Positions 47,789 to 58,056 are shown, counted from the stretch's first letter. The stretch is 64,000 nt of DNA from Bdellovibrionaceae bacterium UBA1609 (GCA_002321895.1 DCMZ01000017.1:130220-194219); one strand, 5' to 3'. The notes: a model not told the origin generated them from the letters alone. Numbers and translations are program-made.

Positions 47789-49279
47789 GTGGGTAAATTC
47801 ATTCTTGCCATTGATCAAGGGACCACCGGTACAACTGTTTGCCTTGTTAATAAAAAAGGACAAATTGTAGATAAACATAATCAAGAATTCCCCCAAATCT
47901 TCCCTAAACCAGGTTGGGTCGAGCACAATTTAGACGATATTTGGAACTCGGTGGTTGAAGGCATCGACTCTCTTATGAATAAAACCAATACTTCCAGCAA
48001 AGATATCATTTGCATTGGAATCACCAACCAAAGAGAGACCGTAGGTATTTGGGAAAAGGGTTCATCAAAACCGTTGCACAATGCCATTGTATGGCAGTGC
48101 CGTAGAACCACTGATGTTTGCACAAAATTAAAGAAGCAAGGCCATGGCCGTACGGTTAAAAATAAAACGGGTTTGGTTTTAGATCCTTACTTCAGTGGGA
48201 CAAAATTAGGATGGCTCTTTAAACAAGACAAAACATGGAAGCAGAAAGCTCGAGACGGTAAGGTTGCTGCAGGAACAATTGACACATTTCTTGTATGGAA
48301 ACTCACTGGTGGGAAATCGCATGTTACCGATGTAAGCAATGCTTCCAGAACAATGTTAATGAATATAAAAAAGGGCACTTGGGATCCTGAACTACTAAAA
48401 CTTTTAAAAGTACCAAAAGAATGCCTTCCTGAAATAAAAGCTTCGAATGCGCAATTTGGTGTGACTCGAAGCGTACCTGGTTTGGAGGATGGAATCCCTA
48501 TCACTGGAATTTTGGGAGACCAGCAAGCCGCTTTGTTCGGACAAACCTGTTTTAAAGCCGGAGACGCCAAGTGCACATTTGGCACCGGTAGTTTTATTCT
48601 AATGAACACCGGTGACCAGCCCCTAAAATCAAAAGCCGGAGTCTTAACAACCATTGCCTGGAAACTAGAGAATCAGAAAAAAATGTCATATGCTCTCGAG
48701 GGCGGTGCCTTTGTTTGCGGTGCCGCCGTTCAATGGCTTAGAGATGGACTGGAATTTATAACTAAAAGCTCAGAAGTAGAAACCTTGGCTCGTAGTTGTG
48801 AAGACACTCAGGGAGTTGAATTTGTGCCGGCCCTTGCTGGCCTTGGAGCTCCACATTGGGCGCCCGAAGCCCGCGGAATGATTTGTGGACTTACTCGCGG
48901 TACCACCCGTGCACATATTGCTCGGGCCACACTTGAAGCTATGGCATTACAAAATGTTGAAATTCTTCAAGCCATGGAGAAGGATCTCGGTAAAAAAATG
49001 AAGCAACTACGAGTGGATGGTGGGGCAACAGCCAATGATTTACTGATGCAACTACAATCTGATTACTTAGGGCAAAAAACTTATAGGCCGGAAACCATCG
49101 AAACCACCGTGGCCGGCGCGGCCTATATGGCTGGACTAGGTGCGGGAGTTTGGGAGTCATTGGAGGAAATAAAACATGTTTCCAAAGTGGAAAAAGAATT
49201 CTCTCCACAAAGTACTCCGAAACAAAGAAAAGACCGACTCAATCGATGGAAATTAGCGGTACGAAGAACCACTTTGTGA
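47789..49279 (+). CDS. glpK: glycerol kinase
   Basis: ILAIDQGTTGT, ITNQRET, GDQQAALFGQ, VDGGAT. GTG start. Confidence 0.95.
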   Translation: MGKFILAIDQGTTGTTVCLVNKKGQIVDKHNQEFPQIFPKPGWVEHNLDDIWNSVVEGIDSLMNKTNTSSKDIICIGITNQRETVGIWEKGSSKPLHNAIVWQCRRTTDVCTKLKKQGHGRTVKNKTGLVLDPYFSGTKLGWLFKQDKTWKQKARDGKVAAGTIDTFLVWKLTGGKSHVTDVSNASRTMLMNIKKGTWDPELLKLLKVPKECLPEIKASNAQFGVTRSVPGLEDGIPITGILGDQQAALFGQTCFKAGDAKCTFGTGSFILMNTGDQPLKSKAGVLTTIAWKLENQKKMSYALEGGAFVCGAAVQWLRDGLEFITKSSEVETLARSCEDTQGVEFVPALAGLGAPHWAPEARGMICGLTRGTTRAHIARATLEAMALQNVEILQAMEKDLGKKMKQLRVDGGATANDLLMQLQSDYLGQKTYRPETIETTVAGAAYMAGLGAGVWESLEEIKHVSKVEKEFSPQSTPKQRKDRLNRWKLAVRRTTL

Positions 49280-49293
49280 TTTTTTCTCAGATA

Positions 49294-49512
49294 CTACTCA
49301 GCCCCATCGACGGTGTCGGGATAATCTGCTGAAATAGTTTCTACAATATCCATCCAAACTTTAATGACAAAGCCCTCGTCACCAGGAGCTCGATCAATAG
49401 ACATATCGACGATGACAAGAGCCAATGAAAGCAAAACAACGAGTAGTAAAACATACTCAACAACAATTTGACCCTTTTGATTAGATAGGGGTAAATTTCT
49501 AAAACTGAACAT
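49294..49512 (-). CDS. Flp/Fap-type (type IVb, class III signal) prepilin candidate
   Basis: ...NQKG-QIVVEY-VLLLVVLLSLALVIV fits the Flp processing motif G/XXXXEY followed by a hydrophobic helix. I prefer the start at MFSFRNL (49512) over 49542. Confidence 0.45.
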   Translation of the reverse strand: MFSFRNLPLSNQKGQIVVEYVLLLVVLLSLALVIVDMSIDRAPGDEGFVIKVWMDIVETISADYPDTVDGAE

Positions 49513-49526
49513 TCGAAAGAAGTGAT

Positions 49527-50144
49527 ATGCCAGAATCAACAAATAAAAACTCCCTCAATGATCCCACCAAAAAATATTTTGCTATTCAAAGATATGTAGG
49601 AATCGTTGTTGCATTCGCATTGGTGATTCTTACAGTACTCATTTATAAGCTTTCAAACTCTGCAAATAATGGCGACTTCTATGATTTTACCATAGCCGAT
49701 AAAAATTCACCAATTTTACAATTAAATTTTAGCTCAAATGAGGAGAGCTTTGATCTCTCTGAATTTAAAGGAAAACCCCTGATTCTTGCTTTTTGGGCGG
49801 GATGGTGTGAACCCTGTCTTGCTGAAATGCCTATTATGCTTAAAACCTACGGACTCAATGAAGGCTTTACTATTATCACCATCAACCTGGACTCTGAAGA
49901 AAAGTACATTCAAAGTGGCCGTGAATTCATTGATAACTTTAAACCTTCCCTCAATCAGATACATTTTTTTAGATATGACTTTATTGAAGGTGATCCTTTA
50001 CAACATTTTGCCGATAATATGGGAGTCAGTGGAATTCCATGGCATATTGTCACCGATAAAAATCATAAAATCCGATTTCAAGGTGGCGGTTCTATCGACT
50101 GGTCCAGTCCTCAGTTACAATCAGATTTAAATGACCTTCTTTAG
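49527..50144 (+). CDS. TlpA/redoxin-type membrane-anchored thiol:disulfide oxidoreductase
   Basis: N-terminal TM anchor. The thioredoxin motif is FWAGWCEPC (CxxC). Confidence 0.7.
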   Translation: MPESTNKNSLNDPTKKYFAIQRYVGIVVAFALVILTVLIYKLSNSANNGDFYDFTIADKNSPILQLNFSSNEESFDLSEFKGKPLILAFWAGWCEPCLAEMPIMLKTYGLNEGFTIITINLDSEEKYIQSGREFIDNFKPSLNQIHFFRYDFIEGDPLQHFADNMGVSGIPWHIVTDKNHKIRFQGGGSIDWSSPQLQSDLNDLL

Positions 50145-50574
50145 AAGATTTCTCATATTCACAAGAGTATTCATCAACTAATCTTTGAATCTTTTGAAAA
50201 AGAACATTCACTTCATTTTCCGATACACCGGCAAGCATGCCAAACAATGGGTCCTCATTAAGTTTATCTAGAACAACGGGACTCATAACATCGCGATGAT
50301 CAAAACAACTTAAAAGTACTGATTCGTCGGGATAAATCATAATAAAAATATTTCGTCCCAATCGAGGAGCTACCATTTTAGCGCGCTCGAAAGTGGAGGT
50401 TAACTCCCGCTGCAATCGAAAATATACATTTAAAGCAAAGGCTTCTTGAGTTTGAGAAAAGTATATTCGAAAAGGACCATCGAAAACTGCTGCATTTAAA
50501 CTAGCAGAATAAAATCGCGAGTTGGTAAGAGTCGTCATTGACTGGACCAGATCACCCTCCTTGGCGTCTTGCAT
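50092..50574 (-). CDS. hypothetical protein
   Basis: 160-aa ORF. Its 3' end overlaps the convergent redoxin gene by 53 nt. No motif recognised. Confidence 0.35.
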   Translation of the reverse strand: MQDAKEGDLVQSMTTLTNSRFYSASLNAAVFDGPFRIYFSQTQEAFALNVYFRLQRELTSTFERAKMVAPRLGRNIFIMIYPDESVLLSCFDHRDVMSPVVLDKLNEDPLFGMLAGVSENEVNVLFQKIQRLVDEYSCEYEKSSKEGHLNLIVTEDWTSR

Positions 50575-50617
50575 AAACTCACATTAGTCACTAAGTGAAA
50601 ATTTTAAAAGAGAAAAT

Positions 50618-51856
50618 TTAAAAAACTCTTTTACCTTTCCAAAAGGTCGAGTGTACGGGATGGTATCCCACGCTGTAAAACAGTCGATCCCAACCATCGT
50701 CCAGCACAACGAAGTCAGCCGAATAGCCCGGTAGGATAGCACCCACTTCACTCTCCAAAGATAATGCTTTCGCCGCATTAAAGGTATAGGCCGATATGAC
50801 TTCCGGCAAACTCATACCCATTTCTATGCGAGCTAGAACACCAACCAAAGAAAGGTCTTGAGTGGGACTGGAACCCGGATTGAAATCCGTAGCTAGTGCT
50901 ACCCTCGCCCCTCCATCAATTAATTTCCTTGCCGAGGGATAGGCCATTTTAAGATAAAAGTCCGCAGCTGGCAGTAGAACACATACAGTTTCAGATTTAG
51001 CCATTTCAGAAATACCCTTAGCATCCAATTGGACCACGTGTTCAACACTTTTTGCTTTTTGATCAATAGCTAATTGGTATCCCTGTGTAAGATTAAGCTG
51101 TTCCGTATGTACACAAATATCTAATCCCGCGTCCCTGCATGCGCGCAAATACTTTTCCCCGATCACAGAATCAAAATAACCTTTTTCAATAAAAATATCG
51201 GCCCTATCTGCAAGACCTGCTTTTACTACTTTGGGTAAAGTATCGGCGATAAGGTAGTCGATATATTTACCAGCATTGGGAAACTCCGGAGGAATCGCAT
51301 GGGCTCCCAAAAATGTGGATACCAATTTAGGCGACGAAATTGATCGAATGGCTTTTAGCATTTTTATTTCAGAGGAAGAGTTTAGCCCATAGCCACTTTT
51401 GACTTCCAAAGTGGTAACACCCTGTTTTACAAATCTATTCACTCGCAGTTTTAAATCTTCTGTGAGGTGATTCAGCGAAGCCTTTCGAGTGGCTTTTACA
51501 GTTGAAAGTATTCCACCACCTTTCTTAGCAATATCTTCGTAACTTACCCCTGTCATTCTCATTTCGAACTCTTTCGAACGATCTCCTGCGAATACGGAGT
51601 GGGTATGACTTTCAACAAAGCCCGGAATAACGGTTCGACCTTCTAGATTTACTTTTTTAGCCTTGGAAATCCCAGGAATCCCTTTTCGCTGTCTGACCCA
51701 CATTGACTGACTTCCAGCCCAAAGGATTCGCCCTTTGTCGACAACCAAAACACCGTTACGTATCCGGCCTAAGTCTTTTTCAACAATTCGCTTGCCAGAC
51801 TTCTTAACTACTCCTGATAGGGTGATCAGCTCACCAATTCCTTCAAATACTTTCAT
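50618..51856 (-). CDS. hutI: imidazolonepropionase
   Basis: GFVESHTHSVFAGDRSKEFEMRMTGVSYEDIAKKGGGI... amidohydrolase pattern typical of HutI. Confidence 0.85.
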   Translation of the reverse strand: MKVFEGIGELITLSGVVKKSGKRIVEKDLGRIRNGVLVVDKGRILWAGSQSMWVRQRKGIPGISKAKKVNLEGRTVIPGFVESHTHSVFAGDRSKEFEMRMTGVSYEDIAKKGGGILSTVKATRKASLNHLTEDLKLRVNRFVKQGVTTLEVKSGYGLNSSSEIKMLKAIRSISSPKLVSTFLGAHAIPPEFPNAGKYIDYLIADTLPKVVKAGLADRADIFIEKGYFDSVIGEKYLRACRDAGLDICVHTEQLNLTQGYQLAIDQKAKSVEHVVQLDAKGISEMAKSETVCVLLPAADFYLKMAYPSARKLIDGGARVALATDFNPGSSPTQDLSLVGVLARIEMGMSLPEVISAYTFNAAKALSLESEVGAILPGYSADFVVLDDGWDRLFYSVGYHPVHSTFWKGKRVF

Positions 51857-51887
51857 ATCATGAGTGTACGAAAGGAACCGATTCTGG

Positions 51888-52604
51888 TCATTCGCTTTTT
51901 GAATAGGTCAATTGATAGAGGGTTTCCCCTTGATCTGAAGCCACTTTCACCTGAATTAATATACCCTCATCCACAGCGTAGACCTTGGCGTTGTTATTTT
52001 CGGTGTCGATGACGGGTAACTGAGTGAGATCAAGTGAGTCATAACAGTCCATACAGTCTTCAATGGAATATTCCACGTCCAAAAAATCATGCAAGAAAAC
52101 CACATCTTCCAGCTCATCGACATTTTGTTCAATGTCAGAAACCGCAAGACGCATGATTTTATAGTCGGCAAAAAACTGAAACTGGGCCTGACGGCTCGCT
52201 TTCAGCGACAAAGTTCCATCCAGCGATTGAATACTTTGAGGAACATAAATCTTTAATGTCTTACGCCATGCTGGATCAGCTTTTCCCCAGTCCATTTGGC
52301 TACTACTCTCATCAAAATCCGGCTCCAAGTGCCCTGGCTGGGACAACAACGCTTGCCCCATGAGGTGAGCTTGAAATTCATACTCTTGGTGCTGAACCTT
52401 CATGGCCGTCAAGTTGTACTCATCGGTCCCGATGGAATCCATATCAACAATAGCATCACGGGAAGTGGGATTCTCTAACAAAATTGAAGGGGTGGGATCC
52501 ACAAGAGGCACCGGTCTATTAGGGTCTCGCTCTGCACAGGCCGTTAACAAGATTAAAAGGCTGATTGTTGTACCGACGAGGGCTTTGGCCCTTACCGTTT
52601 TCAT
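51888..52604 (-). CDS. lipoprotein, unknown function
   Basis: Signal peptide plus lipobox LILLTACAERD. Confidence 0.5.
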   Translation of the reverse strand: MKTVRAKALVGTTISLLILLTACAERDPNRPVPLVDPTPSILLENPTSRDAIVDMDSIGTDEYNLTAMKVQHQEYEFQAHLMGQALLSQPGHLEPDFDESSSQMDWGKADPAWRKTLKIYVPQSIQSLDGTLSLKASRQAQFQFFADYKIMRLAVSDIEQNVDELEDVVFLHDFLDVEYSIEDCMDCYDSLDLTQLPVIDTENNNAKVYAVDEGILIQVKVASDQGETLYQLTYSKSE

Positions 52605-52767
52605 TTTTGCCTCTGCGACTCTTTAGTGTACCGTTTAATGACTAAAGGTCGTCAGTTCCATAAAAGGATCATTCCTTGTTATGGGCGCGAGTATACGGAT
52701 TTAAGATAGTATGTAAACAGCTGGAGTTTTCGATTGCAGTTTTTATAAGCATGTCAATGGAATGGTC

Positions 52768-52800
52768 GAAATAGAAAAGGCCGACTCTCCGAGCCGGCCC
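52768..52800 (-). terminator. rho-independent terminator of the 762-aa gene
   Basis: The minus strand reads GGCCGGCTC-gga-GAGTCGGCC (9-bp stem with one G-U pair) followed by TTTTCTATTT. It begins ~25 nt after the stop at 52825. Confidence 0.65.
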
Positions 52801-52824
52801 TAAAGTTATCCAACAAACGTTTAG

Positions 52825-55113
52825 CTATCGATCGGAACTGCCAGATCGAGACTCTTCCCGTCTTTGATCACGCTGTCTCTTACGAAGCCATCTGTTAAAG
52901 GCCGTCTTACGATCCTTGTTCTTAAAGCCATATCGCAGCTCTCCGCAATAGGCTCCCGGGTAAGTGATTTGATCCAATCGATCCAAGGTCACCTGTGAGT
53001 AACCTCTATAGACTGGCTCCCCATCCTCGGTAACACCTGTGGAAACAGCACACTCTCTATTATCGTTGAAAAGGACCTGAGGCATATTCAGCCGCTTTGT
53101 AAATTCATCTGAAATTTTACCATACCGCTCCCGACTCCCCGTGAACGGACAGGCGTATTGGCTATCCGGCCAATTCCGAGCCTCACCCACGGAGGATGAA
53201 TTGGAGGACAGAATCATAATCTCATCCGGCTTAACCTTTTTCTGATCCTTTTTATTACTAGCAAGTAGCTCTTTTGCCTCCTGCAAGCACTTATGAAGTG
53301 AAGAAGATTTAAACTGCTCAACGGCCTGATTAGCACCAGCTTCATCTCTACCACCTTGTATAAAAACTCTTTTCTTTCCTCGTTTCACCCATTTGCCTTT
53401 GGATTTGTATTCACTTTTAATTTCGTCATAGGCATCTTCAAGGTCTACACCACCACCACACATAGCCGCTTTCAACGTATCAACTGAGGCTCCGTAGATC
53501 CCTTGAAATAGATTTTGATCATTTTCGGGCATTCCGTTTCGCATCCAATTATGAATGGCCGTACGGTTTTCATCGGAAAGCTCATCCCCGCCCCAGGAGT
53601 AGGTAGCTTCACGACAGTGTCCATAGTCCTCTAGTGCCAGAAGGGCTTCGTCCATTTTGATGTCATAGAATTCACCCATTTTGTCACTAAAACCACACTG
53701 CTGATCCACCAAATACATCATGGATAGCCATTTACTTGAAACAGTAGACTGCTGATGACTGCCTCGAACGTCATCGTCCCCAGTTCGTTGAGCTGAGTAT
53801 TCGGCGATGCAAGCACCACAAGCCAGGAATGGCGGCATGGTATCTTCTTCTGAATTGCTATTTGAGTAGTCACAAACTGAGGCTACTTTTTTCTGTGTTC
53901 TATCACCTTTATCATCCTCTACCAGTTCTTGAACGGGAGGCTCATTAGGCGGCTCTGTAGGAGGGTTTGGATTGGCAGGCTCTGGAGCCACATAAGCCAT
54001 CGGTGGGTCATCCCAAAACTTGTAGCTTCCGGATCCATCCAATAGTCGAGCCATCTTAGTGGCTCTTTCAGCGAGAGTATTACATTCTGAGGACTGAATC
54101 ACCTTACCCACAGTAGGGTGACGGCCAGCACTAATTTCAGATTGGATTCTTTGTGACTCTCTGTTGTTATTCTGTTTCGCTTCCTCAATCACTGTGGGGT
54201 CTAGAGGTGCATTACAATGATCTCGCATGGCCTGTAATTCCTGCATTGTGCCTTCGATGGTCAGATTGTATTCATTCAAATACTTCATCGTAGAGGGCAG
54301 TTCCTCACCCGACTTTTTCAGTAGCTCACCATACTGAACCAGTCTCGCTTGCAACTCAGGATCCGCTTTCATTTCTGGAAAGGCTTTCAGCAGAGCATCA
54401 ATAGCCTGTGCCTGGGAAGGACCTGTCGAACTCCCCTGAATAAAACCTTCTAGCATTTTTTTAGTAGCATTAATCTGACTATTAGCGGATCCACTTCCTC
54501 CACTCGCTTTGATTCTCTCATCCAATTTAGCGATGTAGCCTTCAGACTGTTGCTTACACCAAGATGTGGAGTTCGCTCGTGCTGCACCAGTGGCACAAGC
54601 AGTGATTCCATAGATTGAAGTATTACATGGCGCTCCCCCACCTTGGGAACACTGTTTGTCGGCCTGAGTCTTACCTTGTGGTCGAACACATCCGTAGCGA
54701 CCTAATGTGGGGTCTTTACTGTAGGAAGATACGTTTCCTGCATAAATACAGGAGTTACTGTGAAACTCGCCCAAACCTCGGTGCCAGTAGGAAATGTCAG
54801 CTCCACCGGCTCCACCCGTACTACTTACAGCAGCGTGAGATTCATTCATCAAACTCAACACAAATCCATATTTACTCTTTTTCTTTTGTGCCGGAAAAAG
54901 CCCCGGGCGCATGGTGGTTTGCATTTTATCAAACTCCACATAGGCCGCCTTTAGGTTTTTAAAGTAGCGCACCCGTTGCTCGTGACTCAGCTTCATTAAT
55001 TGCTGAGTGGTTTTTAAACCCGGATTTCCTTTTGGCACTATCCGCAAAGGTGCAGCCTCTAGAGTTGCGCTTAAAAAGAATGCGACAAACAATAATATGG
55101 ACCATAATTTCAT
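52825..55113 (-). CDS. large secreted Cys-rich protein, unknown function
   Basis: Signal peptide MKLWSILLFVAFFLSATLEA. About 19 Cys residues. Pro-rich linker APEPANPNPPTEPPNEPP. Basic C-terminal tail RWLRKRQRDQRREE. Confidence 0.6.
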   Translation of the reverse strand: MKLWSILLFVAFFLSATLEAAPLRIVPKGNPGLKTTQQLMKLSHEQRVRYFKNLKAAYVEFDKMQTTMRPGLFPAQKKKSKYGFVLSLMNESHAAVSSTGGAGGADISYWHRGLGEFHSNSCIYAGNVSSYSKDPTLGRYGCVRPQGKTQADKQCSQGGGAPCNTSIYGITACATGAARANSTSWCKQQSEGYIAKLDERIKASGGSGSANSQINATKKMLEGFIQGSSTGPSQAQAIDALLKAFPEMKADPELQARLVQYGELLKKSGEELPSTMKYLNEYNLTIEGTMQELQAMRDHCNAPLDPTVIEEAKQNNNRESQRIQSEISAGRHPTVGKVIQSSECNTLAERATKMARLLDGSGSYKFWDDPPMAYVAPEPANPNPPTEPPNEPPVQELVEDDKGDRTQKKVASVCDYSNSNSEEDTMPPFLACGACIAEYSAQRTGDDDVRGSHQQSTVSSKWLSMMYLVDQQCGFSDKMGEFYDIKMDEALLALEDYGHCREATYSWGGDELSDENRTAIHNWMRNGMPENDQNLFQGIYGASVDTLKAAMCGGGVDLEDAYDEIKSEYKSKGKWVKRGKKRVFIQGGRDEAGANQAVEQFKSSSLHKCLQEAKELLASNKKDQKKVKPDEIMILSSNSSSVGEARNWPDSQYACPFTGSRERYGKISDEFTKRLNMPQVLFNDNRECAVSTGVTEDGEPVYRGYSQVTLDRLDQITYPGAYCGELRYGFKNKDRKTAFNRWLRKRQRDQRREESRSGSSDR

Positions 55114-55347
55114 TCGTATTTCTCCATTGGAATTTACTTTGATCCCTTTCAGTGTAGCTCATGCCTTAGGCTAAAGAACACAACCCCCAACCTTTACAGG
55201 CCCTTAGTGCCAGTATGAAACCGACCTTTCTCTCCAATGGTCCTAGGCAAAAAATTTACAGCTTCTTTGGTCTAAATCCTTTACATAAAACGGGATTCTA
55301 ACCGCAAGGACCTACAAGACATTCATCTACAGATATATGATGTTCTC

Positions 55348-56310
55348 ATGCCTCGATTATCCAGCTTTAGAGAAATGAACCTAGTTCAAAATTTAGCCTC
55401 CAAGTTTTCTGAATTTGGTACTGTGGATGTTTTAGGAGAAGTTGACCATAAAAGCTACTCCCTCCCCATTCACAGCTTTCAACTGGGTTCCGCAGAGAAA
55501 GACAAGCCCGTGGTAGGACTTTTTGCCGGAGTCCATGGAATCGAGCGCATAGGCACTCATGTGGTTGTAAACTTTCTTTCCACGCTGGCAGAGCAACTCT
55601 CTTGGGATGAGCATTTGCAACAACTCTTTAGCGAAGTCACATTGGTAGCAATTCCATTAATAAACCCCGTAGGGATGTTACTGGGAAAACGAAGTAATGG
55701 TAACGATGTAGATCTTATGAGAAATGCACCGGTTCGATCCTTAGGGAAAACAACTCCTTTGGTTTCCGGACATAGAATCTCTCCAAAACTACCCTGGTAC
55801 CAAGGTCCGAAACTAAATTCTATGGAATTGGAAATCGAACTCGTATCCAATTTTATAAGGGAAACTATTTTTGGTAGACCCTTTGCTTTAACAATGGATA
55901 TACATTCCGGATTCGGAATGCAAGACAGACTGTGGTACCCTTATGGAAAGACTAAAACTCCTTTTCCCGATGTGGGAGTGGCCCGTAAATTCAATCGACT
56001 CTTGAACACAAGTATTCCCCATCATGTTTACAAACTGGAACCCCAGAGCGCGGCATATACTATAAATGGAGATTTATGGGACTTTCTCTATGATGAGCAT
56101 CGCGCCGAACACACCGAAAACACTTATGTCCCTTGGACTTTGGAACTAGGGTCTTGGAATTGGTTAAGAAAGAACCCCAAACAAATGTTTTCGTTTGCGG
56201 GATTTTTCAATCCCATACTCCCCCATCGCTACAGTCGACAGATGAGACGACATCGTAACTTACTTGAACTTTTTTTAAGAGCCGCTAGAAACTATAAATC
56301 CTGGAGTTAA
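55348..56310 (+). CDS. M14-like zinc carboxypeptidase-fold protein (DUF2817/succinylglutamate-desuccinylase-like)
   Basis: HxxE zinc motif in GVHGIERIG, then PLINPVG...GNDVDLMRNAP (cf. DLNRNF). Confidence 0.5.
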   Translation: MPRLSSFREMNLVQNLASKFSEFGTVDVLGEVDHKSYSLPIHSFQLGSAEKDKPVVGLFAGVHGIERIGTHVVVNFLSTLAEQLSWDEHLQQLFSEVTLVAIPLINPVGMLLGKRSNGNDVDLMRNAPVRSLGKTTPLVSGHRISPKLPWYQGPKLNSMELEIELVSNFIRETIFGRPFALTMDIHSGFGMQDRLWYPYGKTKTPFPDVGVARKFNRLLNTSIPHHVYKLEPQSAAYTINGDLWDFLYDEHRAEHTENTYVPWTLELGSWNWLRKNPKQMFSFAGFFNPILPHRYSRQMRRHRNLLELFLRAARNYKSWS

Positions 56311-56312
56311 TT

Positions 56313-57074
56313 ATGAACTGGTTATTATTGCGTGGACTTGGTCGAGAACAACGGCACTGGGGAAAATTTGAAGATATTCTTCGGCAACAGGAATATGTAG
56401 ATGAAGTCCTTTGCATTGATCTTCCCGGCTTCGGAGATCACCGAGCCGATGAAGCCCCTTTGACAATAGAGGAAACCACCGAGTATTTACGCACAAAATT
56501 TCTAGACCAAATTGATGAGTCGAAGCAATGGGGCCTGTGTGCCATTTCATTAGGTGGTATGATTGGGATGGACTGGCTCGCTCGCTTCCCCAAAGATTTC
56601 GCTGTGGCCACACTACTGAATACCAGTGCCGCTAACTACAGCGCACCCTGGAAACGCTTCAAGGCCTATAACTTTATCCATCCTCATATTTTAAAAGAGC
56701 GTGCGTTTGGACCAAAAGAGATAGAGAGAATGATCCTCTCCACAATTTCCAATAAGCATAGTCACAATAATGGCGTCATTGAAGAGTGGACTGAAATTAG
56801 AATAAATAGACCTTATGATCCGGTAAATGTCGCTCGGCAATTGGCGGGAGCAGCGATCTTTCAAGCCAAGCCAGAACGAATTCATGTGCCCACACTTTTT
56901 CTATGCTCGGCCCAAGATCGTCTGGTGGACTGTTCTTGCACATTAAATTTGGCTAAGGATTTCAAAGACGGCTATATCCACATCCATCCCACTGCCGGAC
57001 ACGAAATCACTCTAGACGAACCCGAATGGGTTTGTGAAAAAATGAAATTACGTTTTGCCAACGCTTCAGTTTAA
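56313..57074 (+). CDS. alpha/beta-fold hydrolase
   Basis: LLRGLGRE..HWG, nucleophile elbow AISLGGM, and a C-terminal HPTAGHE (catalytic His). Confidence 0.7.
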   Translation: MNWLLLRGLGREQRHWGKFEDILRQQEYVDEVLCIDLPGFGDHRADEAPLTIEETTEYLRTKFLDQIDESKQWGLCAISLGGMIGMDWLARFPKDFAVATLLNTSAANYSAPWKRFKAYNFIHPHILKERAFGPKEIERMILSTISNKHSHNNGVIEEWTEIRINRPYDPVNVARQLAGAAIFQAKPERIHVPTLFLCSAQDRLVDCSCTLNLAKDFKDGYIHIHPTAGHEITLDEPEWVCEKMKLRFANASV

Positions 57075-58040
57075 TAGGGACCGTTGCATCATTTCATATT
57101 GCTCTTTATATGGAAAAAGTCCGCCAATCAAATGATACAGCACTTGAATGGACTTATTGATTTCCTTTTCCGAATTAGCCAACTTCGGATTGAGCTCTAC
57201 AAAATCCATAGACTTAACCCTATGAGTTTTATGAAGTGTCCAGCTCAGATGATTAAGTTGATCTAGAGAAAGACCACTCTCCACTGGAACGCCAGTGCAA
57301 GGCGCCCAATTTGGATCAACAGCATCTAAATCAAAACTCAAATGTATTGGCCTATCACCGTAGGGATCCAATCGCTGCAATGAGCGACTCAAAAGCTCAC
57401 TCACGCCAAACTGATCAATGTCTTTCTGGCTAATCACTTCGATGCCCAATTGTGCAAGATTCACTTCTTCAGCAGGGTCTAAATCTCTAACTCCCAAATA
57501 GATAATATCTCTATGATTCAAACACCCATTGAAGTCTGAAAATCCTGCGTATTTCGGCTCGTCTACAAGTCCCGTTAAAAAAGAAACTGGCATTCCATGA
57601 AAACTCTTCGTTGCGGACTGGGAAGGGGTATTGATGTCAGCATGTGCATCCACCCAAACCACCAATGTATCGGGACGTCGATGCTTCACGGCAGCTACGG
57701 TGGCCATTCCTATAGAATGATCTCCCCCAATAAACATGGCCCGCTCGGATTCATCGATCACTTTTAAACAAGCTCGATAGAGACGTCGCATATTACTTAA
57801 TATCAATTTAGGATTCAGTTCATGAAGACCTGCCCCCACCTGATCTATATCCCCAAAATCTTGTGGATCATCAAAAAAGTACGATAGAAATGATCCGAAG
57901 TTATAGCCTCGAATGTACTTTGAGGCTTGTTCAACCCCTAAGTTTTTTTGGCCAAAATTAAAATTGGCTCCAAGGTAACCCATTGATGACTTAACTTGTT
58001 TTGTAATATTCCTTCTACTACCTTCAATCACTCTTTCCAT
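57066..58040 (-). CDS. arginase-family ureohydrolase, most like arginase
   Basis: GGDHSIG, VWVDAHADINTP...FHGMPVSFLTG, SFDLDAVDP...GVPVESGLS. The DAHADINTP form favours arginase over formiminoglutamase or agmatinase. Confidence 0.7.
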   Translation of the reverse strand: MERVIEGSRRNITKQVKSSMGYLGANFNFGQKNLGVEQASKYIRGYNFGSFLSYFFDDPQDFGDIDQVGAGLHELNPKLILSNMRRLYRACLKVIDESERAMFIGGDHSIGMATVAAVKHRRPDTLVVWVDAHADINTPSQSATKSFHGMPVSFLTGLVDEPKYAGFSDFNGCLNHRDIIYLGVRDLDPAEEVNLAQLGIEVISQKDIDQFGVSELLSRSLQRLDPYGDRPIHLSFDLDAVDPNWAPCTGVPVESGLSLDQLNHLSWTLHKTHRVKSMDFVELNPKLANSEKEINKSIQVLYHLIGGLFPYKEQYEMMQRSLLN

Positions 58041-58056
58041 GTGATCTCCCTATCTT

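Noticed and set aside
57066-58040. Assigning the ureohydrolase as HutG (formiminoglutamase) because hutI is in the window
   Set aside because: The DAHADINTP and GMPVSFL motifs are arginase-like. The gene is 5 kb from hutI and sits in the operon with the OlsB/OlsA-like genes.
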